Of a DNA stretch of 32,000 bases, positions 23,730 through 32,000 are shown one piece after another. The DNA comes from Nitrosopumilaceae archaeon (GTDB lineage Archaea; Thermoproteota; Nitrososphaeria; Nitrososphaerales; Nitrosopumilaceae), in assembly GCA_035620615.1 (NCBI GenBank), contig DASPGM010000014.1, positions 21,226 through 53,225 of the forward strand. The letters run 5' to 3'. The position numbers and the translations under genes were made by a program. Within the stretch, counting starts at the first letter, position 1; each line of letters begins with the position of its first letter. Under the pieces are notes generated by a model. It was not told the origin of the DNA. It saw only the letters and a list, made by a program, of their open reading frames with translations, and made no database searches.

Positions 23730-25301
23730 TTTTTTAGTTTCAATCTTTGGCGCACTAACTGATCTACTCCGTGCATATTTTTCTACAATCTCATCAGGCA
23801 TTCTTCCATTGAATAGATCTTTACATAAACCACGTAAGTATCTCATAATTGCCCATGTTCCTGCTTTAATTATTCCATACATGAAAACTTTCATTGCTGG
23901 TCCATAAGTTTTATTCCTTAAAATAATTGGAATAATATCATTAATTACACGTAAATTATTTTCCCAGCACTTCCAAAATAACGTGAATTGGGCCTCATTT
24001 AGATTACCGAAATGCATTGAATTTTTCTCACTAAAATCTTGATAAAGTAAAGGTGCAACAAGACCTCTAAAGTTTGTAGCCCTAAAATCCTTCATCATAT
24101 CGATAGTGTATTGAACTTCATCAGGGGTTTCATCTGGCCATCCGATAATTATTGTCGCAGCTGGGAACCAATGATTCTCATTAAGAATTCTTGCTCCTTC
24201 TCTAACTACACTTCCCCATTCATCAGTTGAAAATGGCTTGGTTTTTACTCCTAGGTGTTTTTTAACCATACGTGGGGCTACTGTTTCAATTCCAAGATTT
24301 GTAGAAAGCCACCTTCCATTTTTTTGCATTTCATTTATTTCGGAAATATTTTGAAGAAGCTTCGGATCTGCTGCTACTGCTGAGAAGGTCATATGGGTAG
24401 TACCAATAAAATTGGGACCTAAACTTTTCAAACCTTTCCATAATTCAGTAATAGCGTCTCTGTTTGGTACAAATTCTCTGTTATCACATCCATAAAGTAA
24501 CATTTCATCAGAATGTAACCAAATTGAATCAAAACCATAATCTAGATTTATTTTTGCTTCATGCTTTAATCTCTCCAGAGGTAAATCTTTTTTTGATCTT
24601 TTATTTACATCACAAAAATCACAACCCCTTCCGCATCCTCGCATAGCCTCAATCAGTGAATTCACAGTGGGACCTTCAATAATTGGAATATTTTGAATAT
24701 TTTTCACAAAACAATGCATTAATTCAGGAGCATCTCCTTTCTCCAAATCATTAAATAAATCCAAGGCTAATTCATCTGCTTCACCAACAACTACAGTGTC
24801 TATTCCATGAATTTTCATTCTATCGGTTTTTGCAAGCTCCCATGCGCCATTTCCTCCTACAACTACCTTGAAATCATATTTTTTCTTTAATTGAATTATA
24901 TTTGCACACATTTTTTTGAACTTCATAGCTACATAAGATAATTTTTCTGGAGACATTGTTGTTGTAACAGGTGCCATACCAAGGGGATCCATTACATTAA
25001 TTCCTACCACTTTTGTTTCTGGACCTATGGATTTTTCAAGGTAATCTGGATTTGCTACAAAAACTTCATCTTTTTTGTATCCTTGTAGTAAAGCACTTTC
25101 TACTCGTCGTAAACCTACTTGAGCAACTTTTGCTTCCCCAGTTACAGGATCTGTCTCCACTGCTGGACAAAAAACCTTGTCAAAAACCCATTCAGGAAGT
25201 ACTTCATATGGTCCACACGCAATAAATCCATAAAGAAAATTTCCTCTATAGTTTGTCATCAAACTACGGTCTGCTGTTAGAACTATTCGCTTGCCTGACA
25301 C
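23724..25301 (-). CDS. Radical SAM enzyme with N-terminal B12-binding-like (Rossmann) domain
   Basis: 525-aa ORF with a GTG start. CX3CX2C motif MRGCGRGCDFCDV (24612-24635). The upstream KVVVGGNGAWELA…VVVGEADE segment resembles the cobalamin-binding-domain fold of class B radical SAM enzymes. Confidence 0.85.
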   Translation of the reverse strand: MSGKRIVLTADRSLMTNYRGNFLYGFIACGPYEVLPEWVFDKVFCPAVETDPVTGEAKVAQVGLRRVESALLQGYKKDEVFVANPDYLEKSIGPETKVVGINVMDPLGMAPVTTTMSPEKLSYVAMKFKKMCANIIQLKKKYDFKVVVGGNGAWELAKTDRMKIHGIDTVVVGEADELALDLFNDLEKGDAPELMHCFVKNIQNIPIIEGPTVNSLIEAMRGCGRGCDFCDVNKRSKKDLPLERLKHEAKINLDYGFDSIWLHSDEMLLYGCDNREFVPNRDAITELWKGLKSLGPNFIGTTHMTFSAVAADPKLLQNISEINEMQKNGRWLSTNLGIETVAPRMVKKHLGVKTKPFSTDEWGSVVREGARILNENHWFPAATIIIGWPDETPDEVQYTIDMMKDFRATNFRGLVAPLLYQDFSEKNSMHFGNLNEAQFTLFWKCWENNLRVINDIIPIILRNKTYGPAMKVFMYGIIKAGTWAIMRYLRGLCKDLFNGRMPDEIVEKYARSRSVSAPKIETKKL

Positions 25302-25392
25302 CGTCTAAAACTCCTTTTAGCATGATATAAATCATTTACGAAAAGTCTTATGACTAAAATCACTTATGTAGGAATAATGTGAAGAATTAATT

Positions 25393-26115
25393 ATGAAAGA
25401 CATTAGTGAGCCTCGACATTTAGAACCTCATATTAATGAGTCAAGCTCAATGCGTGATTTTATTTTTGGTTTTGGTGATGGAATAAATACTTCATTAGGA
25501 ATTGCTGCAGGAGTTGGTGGGGCTTCTGTTTCATCAGATCTAATAATTCTTGCAGCCCTAGTAGCTATGTTTACAGGGGCAAAGGCCATGGCAGTTCAAA
25601 ATTATTTAGCTGTTAAATCTCAACGAGAATTATTATCTTCAGAAATTAATCGAGAAAACTGGGAAATAGAAAATAAACCAGAAGATGAAAGAAAAGAGAT
25701 TGAGGATATCTACAAAGCTAAGGGTTTTACAGGAAATGATCTTAAAATGATTGTAGATAAAATCACTTCTGATAAAAAAGTCTGGTTAGACACAATGCTT
25801 AGAGAGGAATTAAATTTGAATTTAGAAATTCTTGGACATCCAATAAAAAGTGCACTACGAATGTTTGGAGCATTTTTAATTGGAGGCATACTTCCAATAA
25901 TTCCATTTTTCTTTAGTTCCGGATTTACCCCACTTTTTATTGCAATTGGAATGAGTCTTGCTGCCTCCTTCATCGTTGGTGCGGTTAAATCAAGAATGGC
26001 AAATACAAGTTTTCTTAAAGGAGGAATAGAAATGGCAGGTTTAGGAACCGGCATAGCATTAATTGGATATGGAATTGGTAGTGAATTATCTAGTCTTGGA
26101 ATAATTAATGTTTAG
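25393..26115 (+). CDS. VIT1/CCC1-family iron/manganese transporter
   Basis: 240-aa ORF. FGFGDGINTSLGIAAGVGGA, an acidic cytoplasmic helical insert (EDERKEIEDIY) and C-terminal TM helices are typical of the VIT family. Confidence 0.85.
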   Translation: MKDISEPRHLEPHINESSSMRDFIFGFGDGINTSLGIAAGVGGASVSSDLIILAALVAMFTGAKAMAVQNYLAVKSQRELLSSEINRENWEIENKPEDERKEIEDIYKAKGFTGNDLKMIVDKITSDKKVWLDTMLREELNLNLEILGHPIKSALRMFGAFLIGGILPIIPFFFSSGFTPLFIAIGMSLAASFIVGAVKSRMANTSFLKGGIEMAGLGTGIALIGYGIGSELSSLGIINV

Positions 26116-26887
26116 ATCTTTTAAGATTAACCCTATTTGCAATACTTGCAGCCATTGCACCAGCACCTATCCCATTATCAATATTTACAACTGCTAATCC
26201 AAGGGAACAACTTTGTAACATCGATGCTAATGTTGCAATACCTTTTTCTCCATAACCATATCCAACCGAAGTAGGTACTCCAATTACTGGTACATTAACT
26301 GATGATGAAACAAGTGTTGCTAAAGCCCCTTCCATTCCTGCAACTACTACAATCGAATCAACCTCGTTTTTAATAAATTCCTTGAGAGCAGGAAACACTC
26401 TATGTAAACCTGCAACTCCCACATCATAACTGCATATGCAATTACAACACATTGATTTACACATTAGCCTTGCTTCTTCGGCTACACCTATATCCGAAGT
26501 CCCTGCAGCTAAGATGCCTACTACTCCTTTATTTTTTTTCACGGGTTTTTTGTAAATAAAAATGGTTGATGAATTTTTTCCAATATCCACCTTAAATTTA
26601 CTTTTCTTAGAAAACTCTAATATTTTATTAATATCATTTTTTTTTAATCTAGAAACAAGCATAGAATTTGATTTTTTTAATACTCTTTGAATGATTTTTT
26701 TGGTTTCACTAAATTGTTTATGTTCTGCAAATATTACTTCTGGAATTCCATGTCGATGCTTTCTCCCAATATCAATTTTTGCAAAATCTTCAATTTTTTC
26801 TAATGAATAAAGTGATAATAACTTACGTGAATGGGATACCGTAATTTTCCCAGATTTTAATGAATTTAGAATATCATCTAATTCCAA
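26105..26887 (-). CDS. larB: Nickel-pincer cofactor biosynthesis protein LarB (NaAD carboxylase/hydrolase, PurE-like)
   Basis: 260-aa ORF with a TTG start. The PurE-like core VGILAAGTSDIGVAEEA…VVAGMEGALATLV…PVIGVPTSVGYG and the N-terminal extension are typical of LarB. Confidence 0.85.
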   Translation of the reverse strand: MELDDILNSLKSGKITVSHSRKLLSLYSLEKIEDFAKIDIGRKHRHGIPEVIFAEHKQFSETKKIIQRVLKKSNSMLVSRLKKNDINKILEFSKKSKFKVDIGKNSSTIFIYKKPVKKNKGVVGILAAGTSDIGVAEEARLMCKSMCCNCICSYDVGVAGLHRVFPALKEFIKNEVDSIVVVAGMEGALATLVSSSVNVPVIGVPTSVGYGYGEKGIATLASMLQSCSLGLAVVNIDNGIGAGAMAASIANRVNLKRSKH

Positions 26888-26923
26888 TGTGAATTTAACG
26901 ATTTATTTCAGTTAAAAATCTAA

Positions 26924-27838
26924 TTAGATGTTTAAATTCGAAATGGCATTTTTTACACTTTCGGCTGATTTTCTAAGGTCGTTTTTTTCTTCATTATTAA
27001 GTTCTAATTCAATAATTTTTTCAACACCATTTTTTCCAATTACGGCTGGAACTCCCATTGTAATATTAGAAAATCCATATTCCCCATCCAGTGCTGTTGC
27101 AACAGGGATTATTTTTTTTTGATCTCTTACTACCGCTTCTATAATTGTAGAAATTGCATTACCTGGTGCATGTATAGTGGCACCTTTTTGTTCAATGACT
27201 TTTGCAGCAACCTGTTTAGTATTTTGTATCAATTCATCAAGTTTATCTTTTGTAAGAAGCGATGTTAGAGGAATCCCAGATACTGATGAAAATCTAGTTA
27301 ATGGTAACATGTTTTCTCCATGTTCTCCTATTACTAAAGCTCGAATAGAACTTCGGGAATGTCCAGTTGCCTCATGAATAAATTGTATAAATCTTGAAAG
27401 ATCCAGCATATTTCCCATTCCAAATATTCTATTTCTTTTAAAACCTGAAACTTTGTATGCAACATGCGCCATAGGATCCAGAGGATTTGTTACTGGAACA
27501 ATCATAGAATCTTTTGCATATTTTTTTATATTCTCTACTACATCTTTTACAATACCAGTATTGATTTTCAGAAGATCCATTCTAGTCATTCCAGGTTTTC
27601 TTCCAGAACCTGCAACCACTACAACAATTTTAGAATTTTTCATCTCTGAATAATCATTAGAACCTTTTATTTCAACATCCATTCCTTTTTCAGATAACAT
27701 GTGATTCAAATCCATAGCTTCACCTTGGGGTAATCCTTTTACAATATCAAGCAAAAGAATTTCATCATCTAATTTCTTCAGAGCTGTAAAAAGGGCTGCA
27801 GCAGCCCCCACTTTTCCAGAACCAATTATAGTTATCAT
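26924..27838 (-). CDS. mdh: Malate dehydrogenase (LDH-like family)
   Basis: 304-aa [18 protein letters not shown] (Rossmann fold). The substrate-specificity loop [14 protein letters not shown] has Arg at the LDH Gln102-equivalent position, which indicates MDH. Catalytic IGEHGE. Confidence 0.9.
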   Translation of the reverse strand: MITIIGSGKVGAAAALFTALKKLDDEILLLDIVKGLPQGEAMDLNHMLSEKGMDVEIKGSNDYSEMKNSKIVVVVAGSGRKPGMTRMDLLKINTGIVKDVVENIKKYAKDSMIVPVTNPLDPMAHVAYKVSGFKRNRIFGMGNMLDLSRFIQFIHEATGHSRSSIRALVIGEHGENMLPLTRFSSVSGIPLTSLLTKDKLDELIQNTKQVAAKVIEQKGATIHAPGNAISTIIEAVVRDQKKIIPVATALDGEYGFSNITMGVPAVIGKNGVEKIIELELNNEEKNDLRKSAESVKNAISNLNI

Positions 27839-27928
27839 GTCATGCGATTTTAATTCTCATTAATTAAATCTAGTGAATTTTAAATTCTATTCAAGAGAAT
27901 TTATATTCATTTTATTGATCTAAAAAAT

Positions 27929-29161
27929 ATGGTAATTGTAATAGATTCTCAGATTGCTGGAATATCTGGTGATATGTTACTTTGTGCTTTGGTGGATTTA
28001 GGTGCAAATAAATTAAAAATTATCAAAGCAATTAAAATCTCAGAAAAAAACATGAGCGGTTCTATCATTAAAAAAATTGATTTTTGTAAAGTAAAGAAAA
28101 ATGGAGTTGAAGCAACTGAATTAATTTTGGATATTGATGAAAAAACTCATGAGCGTAAAGGAACTGAAATTCAAAAATGTATTGAAAAATCAATAAATGA
28201 AATTGGACTTTCAGAAAAAGCTAAAAGTTTTGCAATTGCAAGTATTGAAACTTTAATGAAGGCTGAATCAAAGATTCATGGCTCTCCAATATCATCCGTT
28301 CACTTTCATGAAGCCTCAAGTATTGATACTGTGATAGATATTATAGGAACAGCAACTGCAATTGATGATTTAAAATTATTTGCGGAGGAATTTATTTCTA
28401 CTCAGGTAGCAGTAGGAGGTGGGACCTTAACTTTTTCGCATGGCACTACCTCTAATCCAGCTAGTGCAGTTTTAGAAATCCTGAAAAACTCTCAAATAAT
28501 GATCTCTGGAGGTCAAGTAAATGAAGAATTAACTACTCCAACAGGTGCAAGTATGTTAACCAATTTAACAAAGACATGTTTAGATTTTTACCCAAAAATG
28601 AGAGTAAATTCTATAGGTTATGGGGCAGGTAAGAAAAATTTTGACGGATTTTCAAACGTATTAAAAATAATTCAAGGTGAAAAAACTAAATTCTATCATC
28701 AAGACGTGGTTCAAATTTTAGAAACAAATGTTGATGATGTTTCAGGGGAATTACTTGGGAATTTAATTGAAAAAATTATGTCATTTGGAGCAAAAGATGT
28801 TACTATTACTTCAGCAATTACTAAAAAGGGTCGACCTACAAATCTTGTATCGGTTATATGTGATTCTGAATCAATGAACTCAATTATAGAATTATTGATT
28901 TCTGAAACAGGTACACTAGGTATACGAGTTCGTTCTTCGGAAAGATATACCGTCCCAAGAACAGTAGAAAAAATTCCTATAAAAATCGAGGGTTTAATTT
29001 TTGAGGTAAATTGTAAAATAGTCTATGAAGAGAATAAAATAAAAAATTTCAAGATTGAATATGATGATATCGTATTAATCTCTAAAACAATTAATCAATC
29101 CTTCAAAAAAACCGAGGAATTAATTCGAATAGCTGTTAAGGATAATTTGGGTCTTAAATGA
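27929..29161 (+). CDS. larC: Nickel insertion protein LarC (pyridinium-3,5-bisthiocarboxylic acid mononucleotide nickel chelatase, DUF111)
   Basis: 410-aa ORF. The N-terminus DSQIAGISGDMLLCALVDLGAN and the HFHEASSIDTVIDIIG motif are characteristic of DUF111/LarC. Confidence 0.9.
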   Translation: MVIVIDSQIAGISGDMLLCALVDLGANKLKIIKAIKISEKNMSGSIIKKIDFCKVKKNGVEATELILDIDEKTHERKGTEIQKCIEKSINEIGLSEKAKSFAIASIETLMKAESKIHGSPISSVHFHEASSIDTVIDIIGTATAIDDLKLFAEEFISTQVAVGGGTLTFSHGTTSNPASAVLEILKNSQIMISGGQVNEELTTPTGASMLTNLTKTCLDFYPKMRVNSIGYGAGKKNFDGFSNVLKIIQGEKTKFYHQDVVQILETNVDDVSGELLGNLIEKIMSFGAKDVTITSAITKKGRPTNLVSVICDSESMNSIIELLISETGTLGIRVRSSERYTVPRTVEKIPIKIEGLIFEVNCKIVYEENKIKNFKIEYDDIVLISKTINQSFKKTEELIRIAVKDNLGLK

Positions 29162-29958
29162 CAACACTAATTGATCTAATTAATTGGTTTAATGGTAAAA
29201 ATAGTGTACTAGTAGCGCTTTCTGGTGGAGTAGATAGTGCATTAGTTGCTTATGCAGCATTTCAAAATTTAGGAAATTCGGCAATAGCTGTCACTGCTGA
29301 TTACAAAACTCTTTCAAGAGATGAATTATCTTCAGCAAGAAACGTTTGTAATGAAATTGGAATTAAGCAAATAATAATTAATTATAATGAATTAGAAAAT
29401 GAAAATTTTGTGCTAAATGACAAAAATCGATGTTTCTATTGTAGAGACGAATTGGCAAAAAAACTGAAAGATCTTGCAATGGAACTTGGGGTGGAAACCA
29501 TTGTGGATGGAACCCAATCTGATGATTTAGCCGATTATCGACCAGGTATTAGAGCACTCAAATCAAATGGAATTCAAAGCCCATTATTAGAAATTCAATT
29601 TACAAAACAACAGGTTCGAGATGAAGCTAAAAGAATTAATTTATCAGTTTTTGATAGACCATCCAATTCTTGCTTAGCTTCTCGCATACCTTGGGGTCAG
29701 AGGATTAGTGCTGAGCGACTTGCTAGAATTGAGGTAGGAGAAACAATTGTAAAACAAACCCTTGGTGCAAATCAGGTCCGTGTAAGGGATTTTGATGGAG
29801 TAGCAAAAATAGAAGTTGCAAAAAATGAATTGGAACTTATTTCTAATAAATCCAAGATTAATGAAATAATTATTAAATTATTACAAATTGGTTTTAAATC
29901 AGTAATAATTGATCCAGAAGGATACAAATCTGGGAAGATCAATGTTTTAGTTGATTGA
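29158..29958 (+). CDS. larE: ATP-dependent sulfur transferase LarE (PP-loop ATP pyrophosphatase)
   Basis: 266-aa ORF with PP-loop ALSGGVDSALVA. Cys92/Cys95 (RCFYCR) and Cys172 (SNSCLASR). ATGA overlap with the larC stop. Confidence 0.9.
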   Translation: MTTLIDLINWFNGKNSVLVALSGGVDSALVAYAAFQNLGNSAIAVTADYKTLSRDELSSARNVCNEIGIKQIIINYNELENENFVLNDKNRCFYCRDELAKKLKDLAMELGVETIVDGTQSDDLADYRPGIRALKSNGIQSPLLEIQFTKQQVRDEAKRINLSVFDRPSNSCLASRIPWGQRISAERLARIEVGETIVKQTLGANQVRVRDFDGVAKIEVAKNELELISNKSKINEIIIKLLQIGFKSVIIDPEGYKSGKINVLVD

Positions 29959-31112
29959 TCTACCTAGATAATGCAGCATCAACACCTCTACATGAGCAGG
30001 TTTTTCACGAGATGGTTCCATTTTTACAAGAGCAATTTGGAAATCCTTCCTCTATTCACAAATTTGGTAGAACTGCACAAAGAGCACTTCAAAATTCTAG
30101 AAAGCAAATTGCCAAATTAATAAATGCTGAACCCAATGAAATTCTATTTACATCTGGAGGAACCGAATCAAATAATACTGCACTATTTGGATTTACTAAC
30201 CACGCAAAAGGAAACCATATTATTACTTCATCTATTGAACATGAAGCAATTTTAGAACCATGTAAGAAACTCCAAAAAGAAGGTTTTGAAATTACTTTTG
30301 TTCCTGTAAATGATTTCGGAATGATAAATTTATTCGATATTGAAAAATCAATTACACCTAAAACATGTCTTGTTAGCATTATGTTTGCAAACAATGAAGT
30401 AGGCACAATTCAACCAATCAAAAAAATTTCCAAAATATGTCATGATAAACATGTAATTTTTCACACTGATGCGGTTCAAGCAATTGGCAAAGTCAACGTA
30501 GATGTCAAAGAACTTGATATTGATTTGTTATCTTTATCATCTCATAAAATTAATGGTCCTAAAGGAGTTGGTGCTTTATACATAAAAAATGGAATTAAAC
30601 TAAATCCTTTCATTTTTGGTGGTGGCCAGGAAAACGGTATGAGATCCGGTACAGAGAATGTTGCAAGTATTGTTGGGTTTGGAAAAGCGTGTCAGCTTGC
30701 AATGGATAACATGTCTCAAAATATCTCTCACCTAACAAATGTTAGAAATTATTTAATCAAAAAAATAACCTCAGAGATACCTTTGGTTAGGTTAAATGGA
30801 CATCCAGACCAAAGGATAGCAAATAATGCACACTTTACATTTCTTGGTGTGAATGGAGAAGACCTTATTATCAAACTTGATGAAAATGGGATTGCAGCGT
30901 CTACCGGTTCTGCTTGCTCTGTTTTAGTACAAAAGGAATCTCATGTTCTAAAAGCAATGGGTTTCTCCCATGAACAAATTACTGGCTCTTTACGTCTAAC
31001 TGTTGGAATATCAAATACCAAATCAGAGATTGATAAAACTGTGGAAATTTTAAAAAATGTAGTAAAAGAACTCCGTGCATTTTCGCCACTTAAAGAAAAA
31101 TACAGTTTTTAG
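29955..31112 (+). CDS. Cysteine desulfurase (NifS/IscS-like class V aminotransferase)
   Basis: 385-aa ORF with a TTG start overlapping the larE stop (TTGA). MIYLDNAASTP, PLP-lysine SSHKINGPKGVG, catalytic Cys in STGSACS. Confidence 0.9.
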   Translation: MIYLDNAASTPLHEQVFHEMVPFLQEQFGNPSSIHKFGRTAQRALQNSRKQIAKLINAEPNEILFTSGGTESNNTALFGFTNHAKGNHIITSSIEHEAILEPCKKLQKEGFEITFVPVNDFGMINLFDIEKSITPKTCLVSIMFANNEVGTIQPIKKISKICHDKHVIFHTDAVQAIGKVNVDVKELDIDLLSLSSHKINGPKGVGALYIKNGIKLNPFIFGGGQENGMRSGTENVASIVGFGKACQLAMDNMSQNISHLTNVRNYLIKKITSEIPLVRLNGHPDQRIANNAHFTFLGVNGEDLIIKLDENGIAASTGSACSVLVQKESHVLKAMGFSHEQITGSLRLTVGISNTKSEIDKTVEILKNVVKELRAFSPLKEKYSF

Positions 31113-31122
31113 AAAAACACAA

Positions 31123-31941
31123 TTAATATGAATTTTTTAATGGTATACGGTATTTTGATGATACTAAAATAATTGAGATTATTCCCACTATTAGAACTAA
31201 CATTACTATGTTTCCAAATTCTGGAACTACGAAAGTTCCGATAATTTCAATATCTGAATCTCCATCTTCAAAATTTATTGTAATTTTTCTTAAATCTACA
31301 TTATTTTCATTTTCCTCATATGGTACTTCTACTCCATCAATTAGAATAATATAGCTATCATCTGTGTTATCATTCTTTTTTGCATCAATTGATTTTCGAG
31401 GCAAATCTAGGATGATAAATCCATCATCTTCAGTTTCTATGATGACAATTAATGCAAAAATTTCTGGATCAACAATCATGTCTTTTACTGTTGCTCCTTT
31501 TACTGTGTAGTGTATATCGAAAGTTCCATAACTTCCTGCATTTACCTCGAAAATATCTGTCGTCTCTCTAATCGAAAGTTTAGTGTGATATTCAAATTCT
31601 GTTTCAACCATGTAATTTGCACCATAAGACGCTCTAATGATATACGTTCCATCTTTTTGCCAATATGGCCCCTTAGCTAGCATTGTATGTGTATATTTTC
31701 CATCTTGGGCCACAGTAATCTGTGCAATATCAATTAAATTTCCTTCATAAAATATTTGTAATGTTACAGGAGTGTCAATTATAACTGCTGTAACATTTCC
31801 AGAAACAATAATAGCATCTCCTTCTTCATAAGATTTTTCAGAAGTTTTTACGGAAAGTAGTTCTGGAGTTTGTGCCAAAGCTGTAAATGTAGAAAAAGAT
31901 AATATCGCACACACTAGACATAATACGACTTTATATTTCAT
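31123..31941 (-). CDS. PEFG-CTERM sorting-domain surface protein
   Basis: 272-aa ORF with signal peptide …FTALAQ. Beta-sandwich domain related to those in the 22253 and 18957 proteins. C-terminus VVPEFGNIVMLVLIVGIISIILVSSKYR… gives the PEFG motif, a TM helix and a basic tail (31126-31224). Confidence 0.8.
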   Translation of the reverse strand: MKYKVVLCLVCAILSFSTFTALAQTPELLSVKTSEKSYEEGDAIIVSGNVTAVIIDTPVTLQIFYEGNLIDIAQITVAQDGKYTHTMLAKGPYWQKDGTYIIRASYGANYMVETEFEYHTKLSIRETTDIFEVNAGSYGTFDIHYTVKGATVKDMIVDPEIFALIVIIETEDDGFIILDLPRKSIDAKKNDNTDDSYIILIDGVEVPYEENENNVDLRKITINFEDGDSDIEIIGTFVVPEFGNIVMLVLIVGIISIILVSSKYRIPLKNSY

Positions 31942-32000
31942 AAAATCAAGAACTATCTTTTGTATATTTCCTTTACTATTTAATTGTGGATTTAAAATAA

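Noticed and set aside
4909-30406. Remaining short antisense or out-of-frame ORFs in the track: 4909-5091, 5899-6219, 6872-7054, 7519-7761, 8833-9045, 9666-9923, 11976-12164, 15006-15206, 15728-16048, 17039-17287, 19313-19615, 20572-20805, 21233-21583, 22610-22864, 24464-24646, 25013-25225, 25710-26054, 26928-27122, 27177-27377, 27453-27653, 27464-27649, 30089-30406
   Set aside because: Each is nested within, and mostly antisense to, a longer ORF with clear family motifs. The products are low-complexity or hydrophobic, typical of shadow frames in AT-rich DNA, and none has its own TATA-like element at the expected distance.

Overview
AT-rich (about one-third G+C by eye), densely coding archaeal chromosome segment. 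It looks like a marine ammonia-oxidising thaumarchaeon (Nitrosopumilus-like): archaeal uS2/uS4/uS13 and RNAP subunit N, a two-domain multicopper oxidase paired with a ZIP permease, a PEFG-CTERM surface protein, and TATA-like boxes ~26 nt upstream of many start codons, which suggests leaderless mRNAs. I support about 33 protein genes and one tRNA-Leu(GAG). I see no rRNA, CRISPR array, integrase, transposase or obvious prophage.

Gene order, left to right:
- memo(partial)-rps2-eno-rpoN (minus)
- tRNA-Leu
- translin-like gene
- two secreted-protein genes (BNR/Ycf48-like propeller; dockerin/EF-hand protein), flanked by a repeated 36-nt promoter-like module
- nnrE, MBL hydrolase, archaeal cobT
- glmS-rps4-rps13 (minus)
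- orphan ChlI-like AAA+ ATPase / VWA / wHTH operon
- small membrane protein
- MCO-ZIP operon, convergent with a CDF exporter
- three surface or unknown proteins
- B12-domain radical SAM enzyme
- VIT1
- divergent [mdh-larB] and [larC-larE-cysteine desulfurase] operons
- PEFG-CTERM protein

Candidates most worth follow-up:
1. The uncharacterised AAA+/VWA/wHTH operon, which sits beside a copper/zinc gene block.
2. A nickel-pincer cofactor (LarBCE) cluster with no LarA in the window, linked to mdh and translationally coupled to a cysteine desulfurase.
3. A thaumarchaeal B12-like radical SAM enzyme of unknown substrate.
4. The 36-nt repeated modules and an unusually empty 400-nt spacer that hides a Cys-rich micro-ORF.
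5. Tandem operator-like repeats at the MCO promoter.
6. A CDF transporter with three tandem cytoplasmic domains.

All functional calls rest on motif recognition by eye. No database search was run.
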